DNA of 64,000 nucleotides, taken from Mustelus asterias. Taxonomy: Eukaryota. The translations under genes were made by a program, and so were the position numbers. The notes below the pieces were generated by a model, which saw only the letters and a program-made list of their open reading frames with translations, was not told the DNA's origin and did not search any database. Shown piece after piece: positions 35,466-46,404 of the stretch; positions within the stretch are counted from its first letter, which is position 1; every line of letters starts with the position of its first letter. The stretch is from contig NC_135817.1 in the NCBI RefSeq assembly GCF_964213995.1, positions 72,912,001 to 72,976,000 on the forward strand, in the 5' to 3' direction.

Positions 35466-36498
35466 TCTGTTCCCAATTCGGACTTCTATGCTGGTGGCAT
35501 TGTTAATGGCTCCTTTTGCTCAGCCACTATTCTTGATCGCTTGAAAATTGCTGCCGTCAATCACTTTCTCAATGTCTTGTCAACCATCATACCATTATCA
35601 ACACCCATTTCGTGTCTAGCTGATTTCCAGCCTATATTCCTTAATTCAGTGATCTGAGTTTAACCGATTTTATTTTAGCACAATCAGTTCTTCACGTGCT
35701 TTGACACAAGATTACCTTTCTTCAATCTGCATGTGGTTTAACTGAGTCAATGCGTCAGCTCTCCATCTTATCAACATTTAGCTCAAGTGTCTACAAACAC
35801 CCATTCCTTCTGAATTTCGCTCAAATTTATCGTGAAGATGCTTTGAAACCGTGCGAGTCTCTGTCTTCCTTGTGGCATAACGCATTTCTCGCTGTTTGCA
35901 GTGTGTTTTCAGTGTGGTTGAAGAGCACTTTCAGAAGCATTTTAATTGCGGTAGATTTATATGAGTGGAACTACCTCTAAGCTTGTGGATTTCCTGTGTA
36001 GTAATGGTGCTCTGCACCTTATCAGAGTTTCATCTACCACCCAAGTGCAGAGCTGGTTGACAGAGTGAGGCACACACCTACTTTGCAACCCTTCCATACA
36101 TCTGTTTTCTCAGCAGCGCGCACAGCTAAGACCCTCAGCGGTGGCGTGGAGGTGACCGAGCTTAAACAAGGACACAATACACATTGGGTTAGAAATTTGA
36201 TTCCCAGTTAGTCTTGTGGTTTATAATTGAATCCCGGGACAAGCAATATGTCAGAAAAAAAAAGCTACTACCTAACTATGCCCATTAACAAGAATTAGCT
36301 GGAATCCCTTCAAATGGAGTTGAGAATAAATTGGAACCAAATTAAGTGTGCTTATATAAGACAGCTGCTGACATCAGACTAGTATATAAAGTTTGTCCTT
36401 TAGTTTTTGACTCTATTGTTAAGGGTTGCCGCAGGTATTTTCTACAGAGGAAGCAACCCAGTTTGCTTACAAGCTGCAACCTGCATTGAGGCGAAAGA

Positions 36499-36584
36499 GG
36501 CCATAATTCTACCACCTCGCCCGCCCTGGTTCCCTTCTGGGTCCCTACAATTCCCATGGTGGGTGGGATGGGAGAATTCCGGCT
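36499..36584. mobile_element. Short TIR element (MITE-like)
   Basis: Imperfect TIRs GGCCATAATTCT / AGAATTCCGGCT. Confidence 0.4.
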
Positions 36585-36829
36585 TAAGATGGAAAGGAAA
36601 AATTTGCATTCTTATCGAAAAGCAACACAACCAACATTTACCCAAAAGGAAACACTCCTGTTAAAATAGCCAGAAACTAAGGAGAATCCATATTGTTCTT
36701 CCCTAGTTAGAATACAAACTTGTCGTTTGCCAAAGCAAACTTGAATCTAGGCGTGCAATATTTGAGAAAAAAATAATTTGACCGACTAATTTTTAATTTT
36801 GGGACTGCGTTGCAGTGTTAATCATTGGA

Positions 36830-37110
36830 CGGTACATTGGCACAGTGATTAGCACTGCTGCCTCACAGCGCCAGGGACCCGGGTTCGCTTCCCGGCTTGG
36901 GTCACTGTCTGTGTGGAGTTTGCACGTTCTCCCCGTGTCTGCGTGGGTTTCCTTCGGGTGCTCCGGTTTCCTCCCACAGTCTGAAAGACGTGCTGGTTAG
37001 GGTGCATTGACCCGAACAGGTGCCGGAGTGTGGCGACTAGGGGAGTTTCACAATAACTTCATTGCAGTGTTAATGTAAGCCTAATTTGTGACTAATAAAT
37101 GAACTTTAAA
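36830..37110 (+). mobile_element. HE1-like SINE, tail B
   Basis: Full length. Confidence 0.9.
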
Positions 37111-37807
37111 AGTCCTGTCTGCAGTGGCAGGAAAATCAAAATGAATTTAATTTCACCAATTGAACCCCAGTCTTCGAGCTGGGACGCTGCCCCTCCGTTT
37201 CTCACGTTAGCCTGTTAACAGAAATAATTTCTAGAATCCGGAGCCCCGACATCTTACACTGCCTGAAGTATGCTCGGATAGAAATTCTGCCTGCCAGTAT
37301 GCTTCCACAGTGATTGTGGCTCCAAATCTCAAGAACTGGATCATGGAATCTGCACCGCTATGGTGCTGTTGGAGGAATGCAAAGCTTTCCTTGATGCTCC
37401 AGAGGAATCAGAGGCCCAGATCACACAGAAGCAAAATGTTTGGGAACCCGCCCTCTGGAATGATAGGGCCATTTGGCAATGCAGTGATCGATTATCATTG
37501 GAGTTTGCATTCTTCACCAGCCCAGAACCTCCTCTCGGCTTGCCCCCTGCCCCCCCAACCCCACCACCACTCACCCCCCTAACAATAGTTTAGGTGGAGT
37601 GAAAACTCAGTGGAACCAAATTGCAACCCCCCTCCAGAACTCCACCAGAATTCTGCGCGTACCCAACCACAGGCAGAGTTCTGAGGTTTGTAAATTTATC
37701 TGTGGTAGGTTTACATGGTCTGCTTTCCACCATTACCTGAGTCTGCTCACATTTTTAAAGACGAAATTGGTGTGGAAATGATGAATTCCTCAACAGATTA
37801 AATGTAA

Positions 37808-38080
37808 ATTCATTAGTCACAAGCAAGGCTTACATTAACACAGCAATGAAGTTACTGTGAAATTTTCCTAGTCGCCACACTCCGGCGCCTGTTTGGGTCA
37901 ATGTACCTAACCAGCACGTCTTTCGGACTGTGGGAGGAAACCAGAGCACCCGGAGGAAACCCACGCAGACACGGGGAGAACGTGCAAACTCCACACAGAC
38001 AGTGAACCAAGCTGGGAATCGAACCCGGGTCCCTGGCGCTGTGAGGCAGCAGTGCTAACCACTGTGCCACCGTGCCGTCC
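37808..38080 (-). mobile_element. HE1-like SINE, tail B
   Basis: Full length; inverted relative to the 36830 copy. Confidence 0.9.
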
Positions 38081-38187
38081 CATGTAATCTGTGGTTTGAA
38101 CAAATAGATTGCAGATCCAATTCTAAACGCTGAATTCACCTGCCAATGCTGGGGCAAATTCCACCATCTTTTTCTTGATGTAGAAAG

Positions 38188-38570
38188 AAAGACTTGCATT
38201 TATATAGCACCTGTCACAACCAAGGATATCCTATGCATGTAGTCACTGTTGTAACGCAGGAAACAGCAATCAATCTGCACACATCAATAGCAATATGATA
38301 ATCACCAGGGCATTTGTTTGTGATGTTGATTATGAGATAAAAATTGGCTGGGGTACCAGTAATAACTCTTCTTCAGATGAGTGCCATGGAATTTAGCAGA
38401 GGGGCAGATGGGGCCTTTACTGAATGCCTCAACTGAAAGATGTCACCTTCCACTGTGCACACGCCCTCGGTATTGCAATGGAGTGTCAGCCTTGACTTTT
38501 GTGTTCAGATTTAGATTTCAATGCGTTACCTTCTGACTCCAAAGCAAACTGCGACCAACTGAGAATAGTT
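38188..38570 (-). mobile_element. Old Deu-SINE
   Basis: GACTTGCATTTATATAGCACC tail, CAATCTGCACAC core, CCTTCTGACTC head remnant. Confidence 0.65.
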
Positions 38571-38915
38571 TAGTGACTTTTGGAAGTCTAATTCACTGCG
38601 GTTAAAAAGCCTGACACTATCCCCCCTTCTACACTTAGAATGAATGGAACATCTTTGCAAACACAGGCTGGGCATTTGGCTAGAACCTGTTTCTACTGGG
38701 TTGAAATCAGCACGGATTGTTTCCCTTTCCATCCCCTCAGTGATAACCCCTCAGTGGTCAATGAAATTTCATTTACAACTTAAACTCATCAACTAAAGAC
38801 ACTTGAACAAATCCAGAGCTGGTCTTTAAACTCAAGCCTTATGTTTTAGTGCCCACAAACCCAGAACTGTTGTTAAGTGAGCTACTTCTGACTTCTGTCA
38901 GTTTTTTTGGATTAT

Positions 38916-39248
38916 GGGCGGCACGGTGGCACAGTGGTTAGCACTGCTGCCTCACAGTACCGGGGACCCAGGTTCGGTTCCTGGCTTGGGTCAGTGTCTG
39001 TGCAGAGTCTGCACATTCTCCCTATGACTGCGTGGGTTTCCTCTGGGTGCTCTGGGTTCCTCCCACAGTCCAAAGGTGTGTGGGTTAGGTGGATTGGCCA
39101 TGCTCAATTGCCCCTTAGTGTCAGGGGGACTAGCTAAGGTAAATGCATGGGGTTATGGGGATAGAGGCCTGGGTGGGATTGTGGTGAGTGCAGACTCGAT
39201 GGGCTGAATGGCCTCCTTCTGCACTGTATGATTCTATGATGATTCTAT
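38916..39248 (+). mobile_element. HE1-like SINE, tail A
   Basis: Full length with (ATTCTATG)n. Confidence 0.92.
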
Positions 39249-39410
39249 ATCCAAGATTGGATACTGCATCCCATCTGAGTTCTTTTCTAAAGATAAAACA
39301 TTTCTGATAATTACTTCAGTAGGTAAATGACCAGACAAAGCACATTCAACAAGCTCAACAATCCAATATCATTGGGCTAAATATTCGGTAATAAAAAAAA
39401 TCTCACTTAC

Positions 39411-39686
39411 CTGAAATGAACTATATCTTCGAAAGGATCCTTTTACGCACCAGCTTTTAAATCAGCTTTAATTTGACTACACTATCCTTCAATTGTGAAC
39501 TCAGATATAACCCCAACTAATTACAATCCAGTGTTCAAAGTAATTGTGATGGAATATATCAACTTGCAGATTATTCGTGAGTATTGCTGAAATCAGTTGA
39601 CGGCAAATGAGTATTTTTGTTGAGTTGAGTTGAGTGGAAACTCAAAAACCTAAGCCATTCTCTGTCAACGCCCACTGTATTGTTTC
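39411..39686 (-). other. Putative non-coding exon
   Basis: Perfect donor CAG|GTAAGT at 39411/39410; candidate acceptor TTTACAG ending 39687; stops in the frames checked. Confidence 0.3.
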
Positions 39687-39957
39687 CTGTAAACTGAGTA
39701 TCATAAATTTCTGCTAAAGTGCATTATTTTGACTACAACACACACTTTAACTTGTCTACGCACAAAATGACACACTACATATTTTTAAAATATACCGGTC
39801 GGCTTTTGGAGATAGGTTTCCAAAGAAAACCTTACAACTGTGCACCGTTTCTTTTGAATTCAAAGCCATTTTACAGCAGCCAGATAGGTGCCATTTTACA
39901 AGCAGTTTGAATCGCATTTGACAGAATACTCTATATTTTTTGTCCCGTGAAACTTAC

Positions 39958-40390
39958 CTGCTAACACTCCAGCACAAATTCTTCTTAAAGGATTACTTGG
40001 AAGGGTAAAACCATTTACGAAAACCAAAGCTAGCACACCATCTGTGTTAATGGCATCAGGATATGTCGGGGTGCAGGTGCATGTTGAGGCGTCATGACGA
40101 CCCGGAAGTTCTGTTCACCCTTATTGTCTATGTGAAGCCATCCATTTGCGTACATTTTCGGTGAAAATTTTAAAGCAATGAATCGGCTTTCCGTTGTACA
40201 GGGCCGAATATTCTTTACCATTTGTGCAGTATTTAATTTGAAATAAAAATGGAAATATTCTATTGAGTGTATCAAGTAAACTTAAAGAGGCCAATCTTCC
40301 CATCAAGATCCCTTTTTAAAAATCCGATCCGGTGAAATATGATTGACATTAAACCTTTTTCTGTTCTCTTCAATTATGTTCGTAGTTTAA
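39958..40390 (-). promoter_or_regulatory. Putative promoter / first non-coding exon
   Basis: ETS/GABP motif CCGGAAGT (40102-40109), palindrome CGTCATGACG (40090-40099), about a dozen CpGs in AT-rich unique DNA, donor CAG|GTAAGT at 39958/39957. Confidence 0.45.
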
Positions 40391-40458
40391 AAGTATTTTT
40401 TTTTGCAGACAGTGAATGTTGGTGACATCCTCTGCAGTCTGTACTGTGGAGCGGCTGA

Positions 40459-40806
40459 GAATCATAGAATCATAGAAATCCTATAGTGCAGAAAGAGGCC
40501 ATCTGACCCATCGAGTCTGCACCGACCACAATCCCACCCAGGCCCTACCCCCTTATCCCAACACATTTACCCGCTAATCCCTCTAACCTACGCATCTCAG
40601 GACACTAAGGGGCAATTTTACCATGGCCAATCAACCTAACCTGCACATCTTTGGACTGTGGGAGGAAACCGGAGCACCCGGAGGAAACCCACGCAGACAC
40701 GAGGAGAATGTGCAAACTCCACACATACAGTGACCCAAGCCAGAAATCGAACCCAGGTCCCTGGAGCTGTGAAGCAACAGTGCTAACCACTGTGCTACCG
40801 TGCCAT
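40459..40806 (-). mobile_element. HE1-like SINE, tail A
   Basis: Full length. Confidence 0.92.
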
Positions 40807-41234
40807 GCAGAATCATTTAATTTTGAACACCGTCTGACAGGTAGAAGTTTGGGAGGCATTGAATTCGCCCCAGACTGTCCTTTAGAGCAAGACATCAACA
40901 CCAAAAAAATCGATTATCATTAACATTCAGGAACAGAGCAAGAGAAGCAACAGGACACCGAGCTTCACAAATTGCAATACACTTGGGCATCGATTAGCAG
41001 AGTTTTCCAGCAACAGATGAACAAATCGCTTAAGAGAGTTGAAGATGAGGGAAGTAAATTATTACAGATATAGTCATGAATGCTGGAGTAATTGACATGA
41101 CAAAACAATGTGATATTAATGATAATCATAACTCTTTGGAGCTGCATGTTAAAAAGGGATACTGGCAGTGATTCACTCTTTAAAAACCACTTGCTTCTAA
41201 ATTTACCAGTCGACAATTAATAATTAAGGAGCTT

Positions 41235-41525
41235 CACGGTGGCGCAGTGGTTTAGCACTGCTGCCTCACAGCACCAGGGACCCGGGTTCGATGCTGACCT
41301 CGGGTGACTATCTGCGTGGAGTTTGCACATTCTCCCCGCGTCTGCTCTGGTTTCCTCCCAGATGTGCAAGTTAGGTTGATTGGCCATGCTAAATTGCCTC
41401 TTAGTGTCGGGGCATTTGAAGGGTAAATATGTGGGGTTATGGGAATAGGGCCTGGGTGGGATTGTTGTCGTTGCAGACTCAATGGGCCAAATGGCCTCCT
41501 TCTGCACTGTAGGGATTTTATGAAT
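41235..41525 (+). mobile_element. HE1-like SINE, tail A
   Basis: Full length with a small deletion. Confidence 0.88.
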
Positions 41526-42037
41526 AAACTTCAATTATCCTATTATAGACAGGAGGCAACAAAGGGCAAAGTGGATGAAGAGTTCTGAGGAGAACTTCCT
41601 TTAGATTGACAGAGTAAAGAATAAATTAAAATGGTCTACAAAAGAGCCAGTGACTGTGGAGGAAAGATTGCAAAAAGAACTGAATGTCCAGGTGTAACAA
41701 AAACAATATATAAGATTCACTTGCTCAAAAAACAGCTGGGAAAGTCATCAACACTTGGCTGAAATTGTGAAAAATTTATTTAGAAGTTTATTTATTTGTG
41801 TCACAAGTGTCACAAATTTGTGTCACAAATTTGATTGAGTTTTTTCAAGGGGTAACCAAGAAGGTAGATGACGGCAGTGCAGTTGATGTTGTCTACATAG
41901 ACTTTAGCAAGGTCTTTGACAAGGTACTGCATGGTCGGTTGTTGCATAAGGTTAAATCTCACGGGATACAGGATGAGGTAGCTAAATAGATACAAAATTG
42001 GCTTGATGACAGAATGTGGAGATGCCAGCGTTGGACT

Positions 42038-43090
42038 CATGGTGAACAATCACTGAAACAACTCTATGATGACATCAACAAGTTCCATCCCACCGTCAGA
42101 CTCACCATAGACTACTCTCCGGAATCGGTTGCATTCTTGGACACACGCATCTCCATTAAGGACGGTCACCTCAGCACCTCACTGTACCACAAGCCCACGG
42201 ATAACCTCACGATGCTCCACTTCTCCAGCTTCCACCCTAAACACGTTAAAGAAGCCATCCCCTACGGACAAGCCCTCCGAATACACAGGATCTGCTCGGA
42301 TGAGGAGGATCGCAACAGACACCTCCAGATGCTGAAAGATGCCCTCATAAGAACAGGATATGGCGCTAGACTCATTGATCAACAGTTCCAACGCGCCACA
42401 GCGAAAAACCGCACCGACCTCCTCAGAAGACAAACACGGGACACAGTGGACAGAGTACCCTTCGTTGTCCAGTACTTCCCCAGAGCGGAGAAGCTACGGC
42501 ACCTCCTCCGGAGCCTTCAACATGTCATTGATGAAGACGAACATCTCGCCAAGGCCATCCCCACACCCCCACTTCTTGCCTTCAATCAACCGCACAACCT
42601 CAAACAGACCATTGTCCGCAGCAAACTACCCAGCCTTCAGGAGAACAGTGACCACGACACCACACAACCCTGCCACAGCAACCTCTGCAAGACGTGCTGG
42701 ATCATCGACACAGATGCCATCATCTCACGTGAGAACACCATCCACCAGGTACACGGTACATACTCTTGCAACTCGGCCAACGTTGTCTACCTGATACGCT
42801 GCAGGAAAGGATGTCCCGAGGCATGGTACATTGGGGAAACTATGCAGACACTGCGACAACGGATGAATGAACACCGCTCGACAATCACCAGGCAAGACTG
42901 TTCTCTTCCTGTTGGGGAGCACTTCAGCGGTCACGGGCATTCGGCCTCTGATATTTGGGTAAACATTCTCCAAGGTGGCCTTCGTGACACACGACGGCGC
43001 AGAGCCGCTGAGCAGAAACTGAGAGCCAAGTTCCGCACACACGAGGACGGCCTCAACCGGGATCTTGGGTTCATGTCACACTATCTGTAA
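42038..43090 (+). CDS. PLE ORF C-terminal part: RT end/thumb, Cys-rich linker, GIY-YIG endonuclease (partial)
   Basis: Open for about 350 codons: FLDT..LYHKPTD..LHFSSFHP; PCHSNLCKTC; NVVYLIRC..WYIGET..RQRMNEH..EQKL..GLN. Confidence 0.9.
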   Translation, partial: HGEQSLKQLYDDINKFHPTVRLTIDYSPESVAFLDTRISIKDGHLSTSLYHKPTDNLTMLHFSSFHPKHVKEAIPYGQALRIHRICSDEEDRNRHLQMLKDALIRTGYGARLIDQQFQRATAKNRTDLLRRQTRDTVDRVPFVVQYFPRAEKLRHLLRSLQHVIDEDEHLAKAIPTPPLLAFNQPHNLKQTIVRSKLPSLQENSDHDTTQPCHSNLCKTCWIIDTDAIISRENTIHQVHGTYSCNSANVVYLIRCRKGCPEAWYIGETMQTLRQRMNEHRSTITRQDCSLPVGEHFSGHGHSASDIWVNILQGGLRDTRRRRAAEQKLRAKFRTHEDGLNRDLGFMSHYL

Positions 43091-43299
43091 CCCCCACAGT
43101 TTACCTGGACCTGCAGAGTTTCACTGGCGGTCTTGTCTGGAGACAATACACATCTTTTTAGCCTGTCTTGATGCTCTCTCCACTCACGCTGTTTGTTTCT
43201 TAAAGACTTGATTAGCTGTAAGTATTCGCATTCCAACCATTATTCATGTAAATTGAGTCTGTGTCTTTATATGCCCTGTTTGTGAACAGAATTCCCACT

Positions 43300-43336
43300 C
43301 ACCTGAAGAAGGGGCTTGGAGCTCCGAAAGCTTGTG
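43300..43336 (+). ncRNA. Minimal hammerhead ribozyme motif in the PLE 3' pLTR
   Basis: CAC CTGAAGA A GGGGC-TTGGA-GCTCC GAAA G CTT GTG, about 210 nt after the stop codon. Confidence 0.8.
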
Positions 43337-44468
43337 TGGCTTTTGCTACTAAATAAACCTGTTGGACTTTAACCTGGTGTTGTTAAACTTCTTACTGTTG
43401 ATGACAGAAGCCAGAGGGTGGTTGTAGAAAGTTGTTTTTCAAACTGAAGGCCTGTGACCAGCAGTGTGCCTCAAGGATCAGTGCTGGGTCCACTGTTATT
43501 TGTCATTTATATTAATGATTTGGATGAGAATATAGGAGGCATCGTTAGTAAGTTTGCAGATGACACTAAGATTGGTGGCATAGTGGACAGTGAAGAAGGT
43601 TATCTCAGATTGCAACGGGATCTTGATCAATTGGGCCAGTGGGCTGATGAACGGCAGATGGAGTTTAATTTAGATAAGTGCAAGGCACTTTGGTAGACTG
43701 AACCAGGGCAGGGCTTACTCAGTTAATGGTAGGGCGTTGGGGAGAGTTACAGAACAAAGAAATCTCGGGGTACAGGTTCATAGCTCCTTGAAACTGGAGT
43801 CACAGGTGGACAGAGTGGTGAAGAAGGCATTCAGCCAATGGTCCCATTGGTCAGAACATTGAATACAGGAGTTGGGATGTCTTGTTGAAGTTGTACAAGA
43901 CATTGGTAAGGCCAGACTTGGAATACTGTGTACAGTTCTGGTCATCCTATTATAGAAAAGATATTATTAAACTAGGAAGAGTGCAGTAAAGATTTACTAG
44001 GATGCTACTGGGACTTGATGGTTTGAGTTATAAAGAGAGGTTGGATAGACTGGGACTTTTTTCTCTGTAGCGTAGAAGGCTGAGGGATGATCTTATAGAG
44101 GTCTATAAATAATGAGGGGCATAGATTAGCTAGATAGTCAATATCTTTTCCCAAAGATAGGGGAGTCTAAAACTAGAGGGCATAGGTTTAAGTGAGAGGG
44201 GAGAGATATTAAAGTGTCCAGAGGGGCAACTTGTTCACACAGAGCATGGTGAGTGTCTGGAACAAGATGCCAGAGGTAGTAGTAGAGGCGGGTACAATTT
44301 TGTCTTTTAAAAAGCATTTAGATAGTTACGTGGGTACGATGGGTATAGAGGGATATGGGCCAAATGCGGGCAATTGGGACTAGCTTCGGGGTTCAGAAAA
44401 AAGGGCAGCATGAACAAGTTGGGCCGAAGGGCCTGTTTCCATACTGTAAACCTCTATGACTCTATGAC

Positions 44469-44731
44469 TAAGTGGACTTAAATTCACACTGTAATGAAGT
44501 TACTGTGAAAATCCCCTAGTCGCCACACTCCAGCGCCTGTTCGGGTGCACTGAGGAAGGAATTTAGCATGGCCAATGCACCTAACCAGTGCACCTAATCT
44601 TTTGGACTGTGGAAGAAACTGGAGCACCCGGAGGAAACCCACTCAGACACAGGGAGAACGTGCAGACTCCACACAGACAGTGACCCAAGCCGGGAATCGA
44701 ACCTGGACCCCTGGTGAGGCAGCAGTGCTAA
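44469..44731 (-). mobile_element. HE1-like SINE, tail B (tail tip displaced to 41784-41808 by the CR1 insertion)
   Basis: AAGTTTATTTATTTGTGTCACAAGT at 41784 joins AAGTGGACTTAAATTCACACTGTAATGAAGTTACTGTG at 44469. Confidence 0.8.
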
Positions 44732-45324
44732 TTGTTGAAATATAAACATCCATATGTGTCACGGTGAACCGTACAATGAAAAAAGAGAAAAAGCGCTATG
44801 GAAGTGAACACAGTGTTTAGCACCTTGGAAAGAATGGGATAAAACTACAACTCTGCATCACCACAACTGCCAAATCAACTGAGCGGTTCACTATCGAGGA
44901 ACGGAAAGCGAGGGTAAGAAGATACCCAGATGCCAGAACAACCTCCAAATCAAGAGAGTTTATCTGCAACCACACAGCCTACCACTCCTCCGACAGTTGT
45001 ACAAACAAGATGCAGCAGGGTTAGAAGGCCACCAGATCACCTGAACCTATGAATCCAGAGGCTATGGACCAAGTGTGGGAAAATGGGATTAGAATTGTTG
45101 GGTGATTTGTCTTTGACTGGTGCAGACTTGATGGGCCGAAGGGCCTTTTTGTGTGCGATAGACGTCTATAATTCCATGATTTTAAGGAGGGAGATAAGTG
45201 ATGTAAGTACAAGTGGTAAACCAGAATAACTTGAAATGCATTATATAAAAACTTGAGGGGACGTGTAGTATAAGGGTATAGGGTTAACATGGAACTGAGT
45301 ACGGTTCCACCCACACAGTGATGT

Positions 45325-45436
45325 AAGAGAATTGTCCCGCCTGCCACGGGTATCATAGTGGGCAGGACACTGACCATGCAAATGTCCGTAGACCTCGGGT
45401 GGGATTTCCCAGCTTTGGGCCGGAAAATCCCGCCAA
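45325..45436. mobile_element. Short MITE-like element
   Basis: Ends GGAAAATCCCGCC; homologous to 62852-62965 (GTCCGT.GACCTCGGG.GGGATTT). Confidence 0.55.
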
Positions 45437-45754
45437 TGATCTGCACCTGGGGATCACTGTGGTGTTGGATAGAGCTGGGTGTACAAGCAAGCACAGAGAT
45501 AGCTCCAAACTGGACCCTTTACTGTCTATATATACATAGTTCTCACAGTTCATTAACACATAGAGATAATGTGCTTAAGACTATGAAGACTTCATTAAGT
45601 GAACAATAACCAACACGCTACAACAGTGAGAGGACTGGAGGATTGAAAACATTGCACCTCCAATCAAAACATGTATTAGAAGAGGATTAATTTGCAGGGT
45701 TATGAAGAAAATGTGATTGGGACTAAGTTGGACAACTCCTTAAAAGTATGGTTT

Positions 45755-45880
45755 GGTGCATTGAACCGAACAGGCGCCGGAGTGTGGCGACTAGGGGAAT
45801 TTCACAGTAACTTCATTGCAGTGTTAACGTAAGCCTTACTTGTGACTAATAAATAAACTTTAACTTTAACTTTTAACTTT
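45755..45880 (+). mobile_element. 5'-truncated HE1 tail B
   Basis: Tail B with (AACTTT)n expansion. Confidence 0.85.
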
Positions 45881-46404
45881 AGCATAGACAGAGCTGGCTG
45901 AATCGCCGCTTTTTATGTTACAATATTCTATTCTACCGTTCAACATTTGATGTTAGATTGAATGGTTTTGACTTTGCAATTGCAGTCAATATGACAACAA
46001 TTCAGTACTACACTGTGCACAGTGCACCAGAGAAAAAGGTTTTCCATGCTATTTTAGTACAATATATGCCAAGTGATGCACAACATATTATCAGGAACAC
46101 TGACTAGATGACTAAAGACATTGAACTAAATGTTGCTTTTTATTTTAAAATGTTCTGTTTTCACCAAGTTAAGGAAGATTCATAGGAACCGGAGTAGGCC
46201 ATTCAGCCCATCGAGCCTGTTCCACCATTTAATGAGATCATGGCTTATCTGTGGCCCAACTCCATATACCTGCCTTTGGCTCATATCCCTTAATACCTTT
46301 GCTTAAAAAAAGTTTAGCTATTCCAGATTTTAAGATAGCAACTGATCTAGCATCAGCTGTCATTTGTGGAAGAGATTTCCAAACCTCTACCACTCTTTGG
46401 AGAA

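Larger units (their letters stand above)
42015..43397 (+). mobile_element. 5'-truncated Penelope-like element (Neptune-like) with a 23-nt inverted tail tag
   Basis: 12-bp TSD TTGATGACAGAA (42003-42014 and 43398-43409); inverted tag TGTGGAGATGCCAGCGTTGGACT at 42015-42037. Confidence 0.93.
41809..44468 (+). mobile_element. CR1 LINE, RT to 3' end, interrupted by a PLE
   Basis: VDVVYIDFSKVFDKV (41798-41989), VPQGSVLGPLLF..KFADDTK (43454-43696); (CTATGACT)n tail. Confidence 0.92.

Noticed and set aside
38916-38990. tRNA genes suggested by A/B boxes
   Set aside because: These are tRNA-derived SINE heads that continue into a SINE body and LINE tail; no complete cloverleaf or terminator.
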